A DNA stretch of 61,426 nucleotides, the filler included, from an uncultured Methanosarcinales archaeon (lineage in GTDB: Archaea > Nanobdellota > Nanobdellia > Woesearchaeales > CAYZNE01): assembly GCA_964405295.1 (NCBI GenBank). It is 18 parts of 18 records of this genome, joined end to end, with 100 filler letters (N's around TTAATTAATTAA, not from the genome) between each part and the next. Parts side by side here need not be neighbours in the genome. Positions count along the whole stretch, not along the records: positions 22,039 to 25,346 come from CAYONI010000064.1; positions 25,447 to 28,717 come from CAYONI010000065.1; positions 28,818 to 32,043 come from CAYONI010000066.1; positions 32,144 to 35,352 come from CAYONI010000067.1; 14 more parts are not named here. One strand, given 5' to 3'. Shown piece after piece: positions 22,879-33,031 of this stretch (the stretch's first letter is position 1; the number at the start of each line of letters is the position of its first letter). Below the pieces are notes generated by a model. It was not told the DNA's origin, searched no databases, and saw only the letters and a list, made by a program, of their open reading frames with translations. Position numbers and translations under genes: made by a program.

Positions 22879-25346
22879 ATGAAATCTTTTAAAACAATAT
22901 TTTTTGGACTTTTCGCTATAATTTTTGGGATAATTATCTTAATTCAATTTACCTGTGATACAGTTGAAGAGATTACTTTCGGCGGTTCTAGTATTTTACT
23001 TGAGCCATATGATGGACAAATATCCACAACTGAGATTGATTATTCTATCGGAACCCCTATTTCGGATTTACCAGAGCCTACTATGGAAGGACATATTTTC
23101 GTAGGGTGGTATACAGACAAGGAATTTACAGAAGCTGTTGAACCAGGGGATGTAATTGACCGCAGATCAATCCTGTATGCTAAATATCAACTAATTGAGT
23201 TCACACTACAATTTGTTGATGGTTCGGACATTTTATCTGAAGATAAATACTTAATTGGAAGCGAAATTATTTTGCCAGATGAACCAACTAAAATGGGCTA
23301 TAGTTTTAGTGGCTGGTATACTGATGAGGATATTACAATACTTTTTGATTTAACTACAATGCCAAATATGGATGTTGTGGTTTATTCAGCGTGGAATATA
23401 AATCAATATACAATTTCATTTGATTCTAATGGCGGGAGCACCTTAGAATCAATTACTCAAGATTTCAATTCACCAATTATACAACCCGATTTTCCGATTA
23501 AGGAAGGATACTCTTTTGCGGGTTGGTTTATTGATAGTGATTTATTAATAGAGTACTTCTTCCCTACAATGCCATGGGAAGATGTTTTGTTATATGCAAA
23601 GTGGACTATAAACGAATATGAAATTAATTTCATTGAAAATGGTGGCAGTAAAGTAGATAACATTATAGATAACTATAACGAAGTAGTTACATTGCCGACT
23701 TCTCCTTTAAAATCCGGATATATTTTTAGTGGTTGGTATCTTGATAAATTACTAACTAATGAATATACATTTACGACCATTTCTGCAGATGATATATCGT
23801 TGTATGCAAAATGGATAGCTGGTTCATATACTATAACCTTTGAGACAGATAGAGGTAGTATTGTTTCTCCTATTGTACAAGACTTTGGTACTATTATAAT
23901 TATGCCTGAAGATCCAGTTAACGTTGGAAAAAATTTTGGCGGATGGTATATGGATGAAGAATTTATTAATGCTTTCATATCAAATACAATGATAGGTGAA
24001 AATATAACATTATATGCTAGATGGATAGAAAATGAATATAAGATTGAATATGTAGATTATGATGGAAGGGTAATTCAAGGAGAGAACTTTTTATATAATT
24101 TAGATATATCAAATGTAACTGATCCTAGTGATCCATCTAGAGATGGTTATACATTTACAGGTTGGAGTGTTGCTTTGCCAAGCACTATGCCTTCAGAGAA
24201 TATTCAGTTGATTGCTGAATATTCAATTAACAGTTATGCAATTGAATATTATGATTATGATGGCACTTTATTGCAAACTGAGACTTTTGAATTTGATAGT
24301 TATTTAGATACATCAAATATTCCGCTAAATCCATCAAGAATAGGATATTCATTTTCTAAATGGGATATTTTAGTGCCTTATACTATGCCTTCACAAAATG
24401 TAATAATAATAGCAGTTTATACTATTAACACATACAATCTTATTTTCTTAAATGATGATAATACTGTTTTAGATACTTTAGATTTTGAATTTGGAGCTGA
24501 CTTATCAACCGCTATTGGACCCGCAGTACCAGTAAGAGTTGGTTATATGTTTGATAGTTGGGATACTTCAATTCCAGCAATAATGCCAGCTAACAATATT
24601 ACTTTCACCGCTATTTATTCAATTTTAAAATATACAATTACTTTTGATACTAACGGAGGAAGTGTTATAAATCCGTTATTAAGTCAAGAAGGACAAGGAA
24701 TATCTGCTCCATTAGATCCAACAAAAACGGGATTTGTTTTTGATGGATGGTATGCTGATGAAGTATTAGTTACACCATTTGTCTTTTTAACAACACCACC
24801 TAGAGATATTACAATCTATGCTAAATGGATTCCAGATACATTTGTTATTAAATACCAAGACTATGATGGTACTGTTTTACAAACGACTACATTTGATTTT
24901 GGCGCAAATTTAAGTGGAGTTATATCTCCAATTGCTCCATTAAGAGCAGGATATACCTTTGCTGATTGGAATTCGGTAATTCCAACAACAATGCCGGCGA
25001 ATGATTTAATAATTAAAGCTACATATACTGTAAATAGTTATACATTAGAATATCAAGATCATGATGGAACAATAATTCAATCAAATGAATTTGATTTTGG
25101 CGCAGATTTAAGTGGATTGGCATCTCCGAGTGATCCTAATAGAATAGGATTCACATTTAATATTTGGGATACTACTTTACCTAGTTCTATGCCATCTAAC
25201 GATATTACTATAACCGCAACATATATAATTAATCAATATACAATAACCTTCAATAGTAATGGAGGTACTTTAGTAAGTTCCATTACAGATGATTATGATA
25301 CAGCAGTAATAGAACCAGCACCACCAACTAAGACAGGATATACATT
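22879..25346 (+). CDS. InlB B-repeat (Listeria-Bacteroides repeat) surface protein (3'-truncated)
   Basis: About 11 repeats of P.P.K/R.GY.F.GW...LYAKW/Y at roughly 66-70 aa spacing. Confidence 0.9.
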
Positions 25347-25446
25347 NNNNNNNNNNNNNNNNNNNNNNNNNNNNNNNNNNNNNNNNNNNNTTAATTAATT
25401 AANNNNNNNNNNNNNNNNNNNNNNNNNNNNNNNNNNNNNNNNNNNN

Positions 25447-25723
25447 ATACTGCCAGCCGCTGGTTTCTTGTCCCTGGTTTACACCCTGCCTCTTTCAGCC
25501 AGTCAAGGAAATCAAAGACGAAATCCCTGTTGCACTCCTCAAAGGTGAATCTGTCCAGTTTCAGACCTTTTGCAGTCGTGATGAATCGGGCGAAGACAGT
25601 AAGGGCATCCCTATAGGATCTGATCGTGTCAGGAGACCTCCCTAACTGGGATGGCATATGGACGTTGAGGAAATTGAATGTCATCGAAAAGAACAAGGGG
25701 ATCCGTTTATTTCTACTGTTCAT
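25447..25723 (-). CDS. RitC-type tyrosine recombinase, N-terminal fragment
   Basis: S.DTIRSYRDAL..F...FLDWL....C...TRNQRLA. Confidence 0.8.
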
Positions 25724-26675
25724 ACTCTACCACCTTTGGGATAATGGTTGCCGAAGCTTCATCTTTTTCCCGTATTACTTCAAAGATAGACTCCTTAATA
25801 TGGTAATAGTAATAGGTCTCTGAGATGCTAGAATGACCAAGATACACACTCAGATAGGGAAGCATAGCTTCTGAAACCCCCTCCTTCATCCACGTATTCA
25901 TTTTTTCTATGACTAGTGCGTGTCTCAGACTATGTACCCGTGGGGCCTTTGGAGCCATTTTTGCTGCCTTTGTGCTTTTCCAGATTCCAGCGAACATATT
26001 ATCCACCGTAGTTTTATGAATGGGAGCCTTCCCATCTATCCGAGGAAAGAACCATAGACCATCAGGGAACTTAGCCTGCATCCTTTCATCATACTTCCTA
26101 CATAGATCCGTAACATCTTGCGTCATAGGAACAAGCCTATCCTTATCCCCCTTTGAATGTATGATATGCAGCACGCCCTGCTCCAAATCCACATGCTCCC
26201 GTTTGAGATAGCAAGCCTCAGCGAGCCTGAGCCCACAACAATAATAGAGTCTGAACAACACCGAAAGCTCAATTTGTGGATATGACGCACGTATGTGGTG
26301 AAGCCTGTAGGAATCAACGGACTGGTAGATTTCCTGAATCTCCAATTTAGATGGGATATATGGAATCGATGTTGACTCCGAAGCCATCCACATGGGGATA
26401 TATGCCTCCTTACCCAAGGAAAGAAGGTAATAGCCGAACTGGCGGGTAAAAGAGACCCGTTGGTTCCTGTAGTTTATGCTTTCTGTTGGTGTCTGAATCG
26501 CCCATTCCAGGATTAGGGGTCGTGAAAGATTCCCATCGTCAAAACCATGCTCAATAATGAAGCTATCGAATCTGCTAAGTATGTACTCTTCAAATTCATA
26601 TGAGAACCCATTATCCCTTTTCTCATTGATAAAGTCCGTTAGAAAACATCCGAGTTTGCTTGTGAATATTCTCAT
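25713..26675 (-). CDS. RitB-type tyrosine recombinase
   Basis: GLR..E, SKG.K.R.VP, HSLRH and LSVYLGH....TYYY motifs. Confidence 0.88.
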   Translation of the reverse strand: MRIFTSKLGCFLTDFINEKRDNGFSYEFEEYILSRFDSFIIEHGFDDGNLSRPLILEWAIQTPTESINYRNQRVSFTRQFGYYLLSLGKEAYIPMWMASESTSIPYIPSKLEIQEIYQSVDSYRLHHIRASYPQIELSVLFRLYYCCGLRLAEACYLKREHVDLEQGVLHIIHSKGDKDRLVPMTQDVTDLCRKYDERMQAKFPDGLWFFPRIDGKAPIHKTTVDNMFAGIWKSTKAAKMAPKAPRVHSLRHALVIEKMNTWMKEGVSEAMLPYLSVYLGHSSISETYYYYHIKESIFEVIREKDEASATIIPKVVEYEQ

Positions 26676-28633
26676 AGCAACCCCCTTGCTACATCGATTC
26701 CCTCAAGTCCTATGGGGCAGAGTCGGAGATGGACAAGGTCAACAGCAAGGTAGTGATTCAGTTGGGTGAGGTCGCTCTGGCCCAGTGCTGATTTTACAAT
26801 CTGTACTCCATTTCCCGATGTGAGCAGGTCGGTTGCAAAAGATCTTCTTGTGATATGGAAACCAGGGGTAGACTTAGGAATGTCAGCCAAAGCCTTTGCC
26901 AGACATCTACTACATTTACTTCTCGAATATTTTGAGAAGGGGGACTCATGATGCAGGAATATATAGGGTAAATCTGATTTGGGTCTTCCCTTTGTAATGT
27001 ATCTATACACCAAGTTGGCAACACCCACGGGTAAAGCAGTTTCCAGAGGAACTCCTGTTTTCTTCTGGATTATTTTTACAGTGCGCTTGTTCCAGTCGAT
27101 GTCTTGCAGCTTGAGAAGTACAATATCACAAGCCCTGAGTCCGAGTTGCAGGCCCAAGGCAATGATGGCATTTTCCTTCAATTCCTCGGGAGTTTCGCAG
27201 TGGACACTTCTGGAAGTTTCGATAACTTTCCTTTCATTTTCGGATAGGACGGTCACAATTGAAACTCTAGGTGCGATTATTGTTGGGACGGCAAGCATCA
27301 TTGAGGAAGGCAGGAGGCCTTGGATTACCAGATAGCGTAGGAAAATCCTTAGTTTGCAGTTATAGGCCTGTTTCCCCTCGATGGTGCTATGTTCGTCCTG
27401 CTTGATATAGTCCTTTACCAGATTCACGCTAATGTCAGCAAAAGAATGGATACCCTTTGATTCTGCATAGATGAGAAATTTGCAGGCCGAGTTCCGGCTC
27501 ATATATAATGTCGAGGCCTCCATACCCTCTCGCTTGCGTTCCGAAAGATAGTTGCTGACGATTTTCTCTGCCCAAGCTGGGGGGATGTATTTCAATGCAC
27601 TTTGGTGATTAGAAGGAACCTCACGGGCATCAAGCTTTGCATTAGAACTCAGAAGCTCTACCAGTTGGATTGTCTTTGTCAGGGAGTAATAGAAATAGTT
27701 GCTCCATTCAGACCTATTGGCTTTTGTCCAGTCAAACAGAAGGTCACGAGAAAAACAAAGGGAGTTTGCAGATAAAAAGGCAAGGATGTCGAAGAAAGTG
27801 GTTGTGGTCGCATAATAAATGCTTTCTGAGTATCCATACTCAACAAGATAGTTGATAAGCCTACCAAGAATCTCTGGATCCAGAACGATTCCACCAGCCT
27901 GGCTCCTATTATTTTCGCTGCTTCCCGTTATTGGAATGACAAATTTAGAGGTATTATTGATCTGGACCAAGTCAATTCCAAAATATTTCCAGATTTCGTT
28001 ATCACTGACGCATACCAATGCTTTCAAGTAAAGGAACCTCAATATTTGTGGAAGATAAAATCTTTTCAGAATAGGCTTCCCTGGCCTGCTATAGTATTCA
28101 TCAAGTAAAGAAGAAGTCACTTGGCTATCTTTCAAGCAATACCCAGTTTCCTGAAAGCTTAGCAATAGAGACGATAAACCATGCTTGAAATTGTTTTTGT
28201 TGTGGTTGTCATTTGTCGTGTCAGCAAGATATTCATCAACAAGCTCTTTATGGGGTGGTTTCAGTGCATCGTACTCAAGGAAGTCTGGATATATGTATTC
28301 CCGTCGGGTGATTTTACCATTCAAGATGAAGTCATTCACCCTGAAAACCATCCTTCTGCAAACCATGTATTGGGCATATGAGAGGATTGCAAACTCCTTC
28401 GAAAGCCATTTCAAGGCTTCCTCATGGGAATACTCAATCTTCTCCCTTACCAAATAAGCTCGAAGCTCATTCAGGCATTTTCGATAGCTGCAAACACTTG
28501 TTCTGATCTTTTCGTCGCTGGAGTAATAATCCAAGACGAAACTTGTTGCTTTGTCAAACATTTCATACATAGATGGCCTCCTGACTTTTAACTGACTCCA
28601 GTATGGGGTAGTAAAGCTAGAAAGCCCATTCAT
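26672..28633 (-). CDS. RitA-type tyrosine recombinase with long N-terminal extension
   Basis: LGLRACDI, QKKTG, HITRRSFAT and LGQ......HYL motifs. Confidence 0.82.
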   Translation of the reverse strand: MNGLSSFTTPYWSQLKVRRPSMYEMFDKATSFVLDYYSSDEKIRTSVCSYRKCLNELRAYLVREKIEYSHEEALKWLSKEFAILSYAQYMVCRRMVFRVNDFILNGKITRREYIYPDFLEYDALKPPHKELVDEYLADTTNDNHNKNNFKHGLSSLLLSFQETGYCLKDSQVTSSLLDEYYSRPGKPILKRFYLPQILRFLYLKALVCVSDNEIWKYFGIDLVQINNTSKFVIPITGSSENNRSQAGGIVLDPEILGRLINYLVEYGYSESIYYATTTTFFDILAFLSANSLCFSRDLLFDWTKANRSEWSNYFYYSLTKTIQLVELLSSNAKLDAREVPSNHQSALKYIPPAWAEKIVSNYLSERKREGMEASTLYMSRNSACKFLIYAESKGIHSFADISVNLVKDYIKQDEHSTIEGKQAYNCKLRIFLRYLVIQGLLPSSMMLAVPTIIAPRVSIVTVLSENERKVIETSRSVHCETPEELKENAIIALGLQLGLRACDIVLLKLQDIDWNKRTVKIIQKKTGVPLETALPVGVANLVYRYITKGRPKSDLPYIFLHHESPFSKYSRSKCSRCLAKALADIPKSTPGFHITRRSFATDLLTSGNGVQIVKSALGQSDLTQLNHYLAVDLVHLRLCPIGLEGIDVARGLL

Positions 28634-28709
28634 TAATCCTCAACAATATGCATTAAAAACTGTAAAATAAAGCCCCAAATGGTGAATTGGGAAAATGTTG
28701 AGGATTAAT
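28632..28709. repeat. 14-bp perfect inverted repeat at the RIT end
   Basis: ATTAATCCTCAACA (28632-28645) / TGTTGAGGATTAAT (28696-28709). Confidence 0.8.
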
Positions 28710-28967
28710 AATTGTTGNNNNNNNNNNNNNNNNNNNNNNNNNNNNNNNNNNNNNNNNNNNNTTAATTAATTAANNNNNNNNNNNNNNNNNNNNNNNNNNN
28801 NNNNNNNNNNNNNNNNNACAAAAACTATCTAGATACAAAATTTTGACATCCGAAAAAGCCGTGTATATGATACGTCTCGTTGTAGTAGTTGATTGCAACT
28901 TTTTGCGATTTACTTACTCAACAAATATATATCTCATCTTAGTAAATGATAGATTCTTCTTGTTTCT

Positions 28968-30344
28968 TTATTTAGGTGTTTCTGAATCTTTTTTCTCATC
29001 AGGCAATAGTGACTGCATAAGTACACCTACAATTAGAGGTAACATCAAACCACTTATTTGGAATGATATATCACCAGTTTTAAACACATCAATACCTACA
29101 AATATATATGAGTAAGCTGGTATTAATGTTACTGCCGTTCCTAATAAAATCATAGTAGCTATGATAAGTAAGTTTTTTTGATTACTAAAATCAACCTTTG
29201 AATTTAGTAGTACCTTTAATCCGTTTAAGAATATGAAACAGTATAGCAATAAACTAAGTCCACCAAATACTGCGGTTGGAATATATGCAAGTGATGTCAG
29301 TATTGGGGTAAATGAAATGATTATGGCTAATACAGCAGCACCACCCACTACATACTTACTTGATACTCTTGATATAGCTACAGAAGCTGTACTCTCACCA
29401 TAAGTTGTTACTGGTGATGAACCTAATAATCCAGCTGTTAATGTTGCAAAGCCTTGTGCTTGTAATGTTTTATTTAGACCTGGGTCTTGCAATAAATCTC
29501 TTTTAACTGTTGCACTTAAAACTGTATGATCACCAATATGTTCTGCCATGGACACAAATGCAATAATGATAAATGGTATTATTTGAATGAATTTTACATT
29601 ACTTATATTGAACCCAGACCAAGTATTTATAATAGATTTGAATGGATTTTCAACTACAAAATTTGGCATGTCACTAAGCGTTGCTAATCCTCCACCAATA
29701 ATTAGATTAATTATAATTGCGGTAATACTCGATATAGTCAAACCAATAATTATACTGTAAGTCTTAGTTACTTTATTTCCTTTTAACACAAATAGTGTAG
29801 TAATAATAAATGTTAAAGTAGCAATTACTAATGTCAACCATTGTTCCAATGATAGTGTGTTTCCAACTGTAATAATTGAATCTAATCCATACCATGATAA
29901 AGAATAGGCAACTAATGAAATACCCAATATCATAATTATAGGTCCTACAATAACTGGTGTTAAAATGTTTTTTAACCATGAAGTTCCAGTAAACTTAACA
30001 ATGGTTCCTATAAGTATATATACTAGTCCAATCGAAATTACACCCACAATCATCAAAGTAGGGTTTCCGATTGATAGACCAAATAATAATGGAATAAATG
30101 TTCCGGAGTTACCTAAAAATACCGCAGACTTCTTTGTCCATAGAATGTAAAGAAGCGTCCCTATTCCAGCTGTCATTAAACCTAGTGCAGGATTTATTCC
30201 AATAATAATTGGAATTAGTATTGTTGCACCAAATACTGCTACTAATTGTTGTAATGACAATAACAACCATTCTATAAATGATTTTGGTTTGTCATTTATG
30301 TCATATTTCATATTATTCATGTTATCACCATCCTTAGTAACCAT
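28968..30344 (-). CDS. NCS2-family uracil/xanthine permease
   Basis: LSLQQL.A.FGATIL.P, EHIGD and TTYGES motifs; many TM helices. Confidence 0.88.
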   Translation of the reverse strand: MVTKDGDNMNNMKYDINDKPKSFIEWLLLSLQQLVAVFGATILIPIIIGINPALGLMTAGIGTLLYILWTKKSAVFLGNSGTFIPLLFGLSIGNPTLMIVGVISIGLVYILIGTIVKFTGTSWLKNILTPVIVGPIIMILGISLVAYSLSWYGLDSIITVGNTLSLEQWLTLVIATLTFIITTLFVLKGNKVTKTYSIIIGLTISSITAIIINLIIGGGLATLSDMPNFVVENPFKSIINTWSGFNISNVKFIQIIPFIIIAFVSMAEHIGDHTVLSATVKRDLLQDPGLNKTLQAQGFATLTAGLLGSSPVTTYGESTASVAISRVSSKYVVGGAAVLAIIISFTPILTSLAYIPTAVFGGLSLLLYCFIFLNGLKVLLNSKVDFSNQKNLLIIATMILLGTAVTLIPAYSYIFVGIDVFKTGDISFQISGLMLPLIVGVLMQSLLPDEKKDSETPK

Positions 30345-30656
30345 TATATTTTAACATACTCAATTAGAAAAAGGCACCATTCTATCAAATAGTGCCTAAA
30401 TATGCTATATTCCATGTTCTTCAAAGTCGTTTGTGATACGGCTCGTTGTCTTTTATGCTAAATACAAAGAAAGTTATCGAGTCATGGTTTTTCAGTCGTT
30501 TCATGAAATAATTGTTGCAAAAATATTAGGCCAAAATAAACATATATTCTTAAACCGATATAACAACCTTGATAAACTAGAAATAAGTTTAGGTTAAATT
30601 ACAAATAGTAATAAGGATATGATTTCATTTTTTAATTGGGTAGGATTTCTTTTATT

Positions 30657-31403
30657 CTATCTAATATATTCTATTATGTTTACACTTTCAGGATAGAAAG
30701 TCTTGTACGATATAGAAAAAAGATGAATTATACCTTCTTCTGAGTCTTCATATTCAGCTGTAACTGTAACAATAAAATTGTCTTCATTCAAATCATAGTT
30801 AATGATATATATGCAGTCTTCACAATATCTATTGGATCCTGTTTTATAAATATCAACAGCAATATCTAAATAATCAATACTTAAATCGCTAAACGGAAGT
30901 TCAATTTCGTAAGATCCATCGGCTTTTATTATTAACTCCTCCATCTCAGGAATTGCTATATAAAAAGCTAATTTATCAGCTACAACTGCAAAATCTGATT
31001 CTAAATTTTTAACGTCAATATTCAGAACATGTTCATGCAAAACTAAACCAGTTTCATCAACATACAATTCAATTAACTGATTTTCTTCTGCAAGATAGAC
31101 TATATCCATACCCTCAACTGATATATTTTCAGGATAATCTGTATATGTTTTGCACATAATCAGATTCTCATAATCAATAAGAATCGAATACTCAAAATGT
31201 GTCTGAGGTATTCCTGGAGGCAATGTTTCTGTGGATTCTAAAGTTACATTATAGGTGGCATCCAAGACCACATCTACTTGTTTATATCTATTGTTGTTAT
31301 TATTAAAATCAGCTACACTTTCATCAAATGGGGTTTTTGAATCACAAGATATAGATGCAAGAACAATTATTGTTATAATTAAAATATTCAAAAACTTTTT
31401 CAT
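30657..31403 (-). CDS. Hypothetical lipoprotein
   Basis: MKK-hydrophobic-SISC lipobox; acidic body. Confidence 0.65.
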   Translation of the reverse strand: MKKFLNILIITIIVLASISCDSKTPFDESVADFNNNNNRYKQVDVVLDATYNVTLESTETLPPGIPQTHFEYSILIDYENLIMCKTYTDYPENISVEGMDIVYLAEENQLIELYVDETGLVLHEHVLNIDVKNLESDFAVVADKLAFYIAIPEMEELIIKADGSYEIELPFSDLSIDYLDIAVDIYKTGSNRYCEDCIYIINYDLNEDNFIVTVTAEYEDSEEGIIHLFSISYKTFYPESVNIIEYIR

Positions 31404-31489
31404 ATTTCATCCTTTCTCGAATAGCTGATTCAAGCTTTTCATTCTCCCATGTACATTGAATAATGGATTTTCAGTCGTTTCATGCATAG

Positions 31490-31936
31490 TCAAGAAGTCA
31501 AATTAGACTTCTTTTTCTTGCTTCGATGATCCAAAATTACTCCAGTAATTAAAAATAGTAAAATTACAATAAACCATATTGGCACTACACCATAATGTAA
31601 ATGTGCATCAGCTTCTTGTTCTGCAGTTACTAATATTCCATCATTTACTAAATCTTGAATGTTTTGGATATTTATTGCCTTAATCCAATTACCAATCACT
31701 TGCCCTATAACAATACCTAGAAAACAACCCAAAGTTATAAAAGAGGCTGTGTAAGGTTTATTTAATAAAGAGAAGACAATAACAAAAACCCATGTATACA
31801 TAAATTGGTTAACAAATAGCCATCCAGCAGTATAACTTGCCAATGGTGCTCCAACACTAAAGAGATACTTACATAATATATAACCAATTAAATATATAAA
31901 CATCAAAAATATAAGTTGAAAATATTTCTTTTTCAT
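31490..31936 (-). CDS. Hypothetical membrane protein (about 4 TM)
   Basis: Hydrophobic segments; GGAG RBS. Confidence 0.65.
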   Translation of the reverse strand: MKKKYFQLIFLMFIYLIGYILCKYLFSVGAPLASYTAGWLFVNQFMYTWVFVIVFSLLNKPYTASFITLGCFLGIVIGQVIGNWIKAINIQNIQDLVNDGILVTAEQEADAHLHYGVVPIWFIVILLFLITGVILDHRSKKKKSNLTS

Positions 31937-32188
31937 ATATTCTCCATTCTATAATATTTTTCTCAATATAATTGCTTGTAAAAGTCTTAATCTGTTACAG
32001 TTATAAATTTTAAAAATTGACACATGGATTTTCAGTCGTTTCANNNNNNNNNNNNNNNNNNNNNNNNNNNNNNNNNNNNNNNNNNNNTTAATTAATTAAN
32101 NNNNNNNNNNNNNNNNNNNNNNNNNNNNNNNNNNNNNNNNNNNTTTTTATCTTTATATTTTTATTAATAAATGATATATTAAGCACAA

Positions 32189-33031
32189 ATGAAACTATCA
32201 TTAGGTAATAAAAATATTGCTTTGGGGGTAATATGTTTTATTATTCCTATCCTCCTTCTCGGTTGTGCGACAGTTCCAATCACTGGGCGCAGACAACTAT
32301 CTTTAGTTTCTCAATATCAAATGCTTTCTCTTGGTCAGGCCAGTTATGAACAAGTGCTCCATCAAGAGAAGTTATCACATGATAAAGAAAAAATAGAAAT
32401 GGTAAATCGTGTAGGAGTAAGAATAGCTGATTCCGCAGAGCAGTTCATGCGTGAAAATAGGATGCAGAGAGAATTGTCTGAGTATGATTGGCGTTTTATC
32501 TTGATTGATGATGGTGAGAATGCAAATGCTTTTTGTTTGCCTGGGGGGAAAATAGGTATCTATAGCGGCATCTTGAAATACACCCAGGATGAAGATGGTC
32601 TAGCTGTAGTAATGTCTCACGAAGTAGCTCACGCTATTGCTAATCATGGTGGAGAAAGGATGAGTCAGCTACTTCTAATACAACTTGGAGGGGCAACTTT
32701 AGCTGCCGCCATGAAGGATAAACCTCAGAAAACCCAACAGTATTTTTTACTTGCTTATGGAGTGGGAGCAAACTTAGGGGTTATGCTTCCTTATAGCAGA
32801 TTGCAGGAGACAGAAGCTGATCGTATTGGTTTAGCATTAATGACTCGTGCTGGCTATGATCCTAGAAAAGCTGTAGTTTTATGGCAACGGCTTAATAACA
32901 ATAACCAAAGTAGACCTCCCGCGTTTTTATCGACCCATCCAGCTCCTGAAAATAGAATAGAAAATATTAAAAGGCAAATACCTTATGCATTAAGGTATTA
33001 TAAACCTCAACCAATAGGTATAACTCAATAA
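32189..33031 (+). CDS. M48-family lipoprotein metallopeptidase (Oma1/BepA-like)
   Basis: LLGC lipobox, TGRRQL, NAFCLPGG, HEVAH, ETEAD and FLSTHP motifs. Confidence 0.92.
   Translation: MKLSLGNKNIALGVICFIIPILLLGCATVPITGRRQLSLVSQYQMLSLGQASYEQVLHQEKLSHDKEKIEMVNRVGVRIADSAEQFMRENRMQRELSEYDWRFILIDDGENANAFCLPGGKIGIYSGILKYTQDEDGLAVVMSHEVAHAIANHGGERMSQLLLIQLGGATLAAAMKDKPQKTQQYFLLAYGVGANLGVMLPYSRLQETEADRIGLALMTRAGYDPRKAVVLWQRLNNNNQSRPPAFLSTHPAPENRIENIKRQIPYALRYYKPQPIGITQ

Larger units (their letters stand above)
25447..28717 (-). mobile_element. Recombinase-in-trio (RIT) element, partial
   Basis: Three overlapping co-oriented tyrosine recombinase genes plus inverted repeats at the upstream end. Confidence 0.8.
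28847..32043. repeat. Dispersed intergenic direct repeats separating single genes
   Basis: CATGG(A/T)TTTTCAGTCGTTTCATG at 30483-30505, 31462-31484 and 32023-32043 (cut by the contig end); TGATACG(T/G)CTCGTTGT at 28868-28883 and 30434-30449. Confidence 0.85.

Noticed and set aside
30483..32043. CRISPR array
   Set aside because: Intervals are 0.5-1 kb and contain whole genes; no cas genes.
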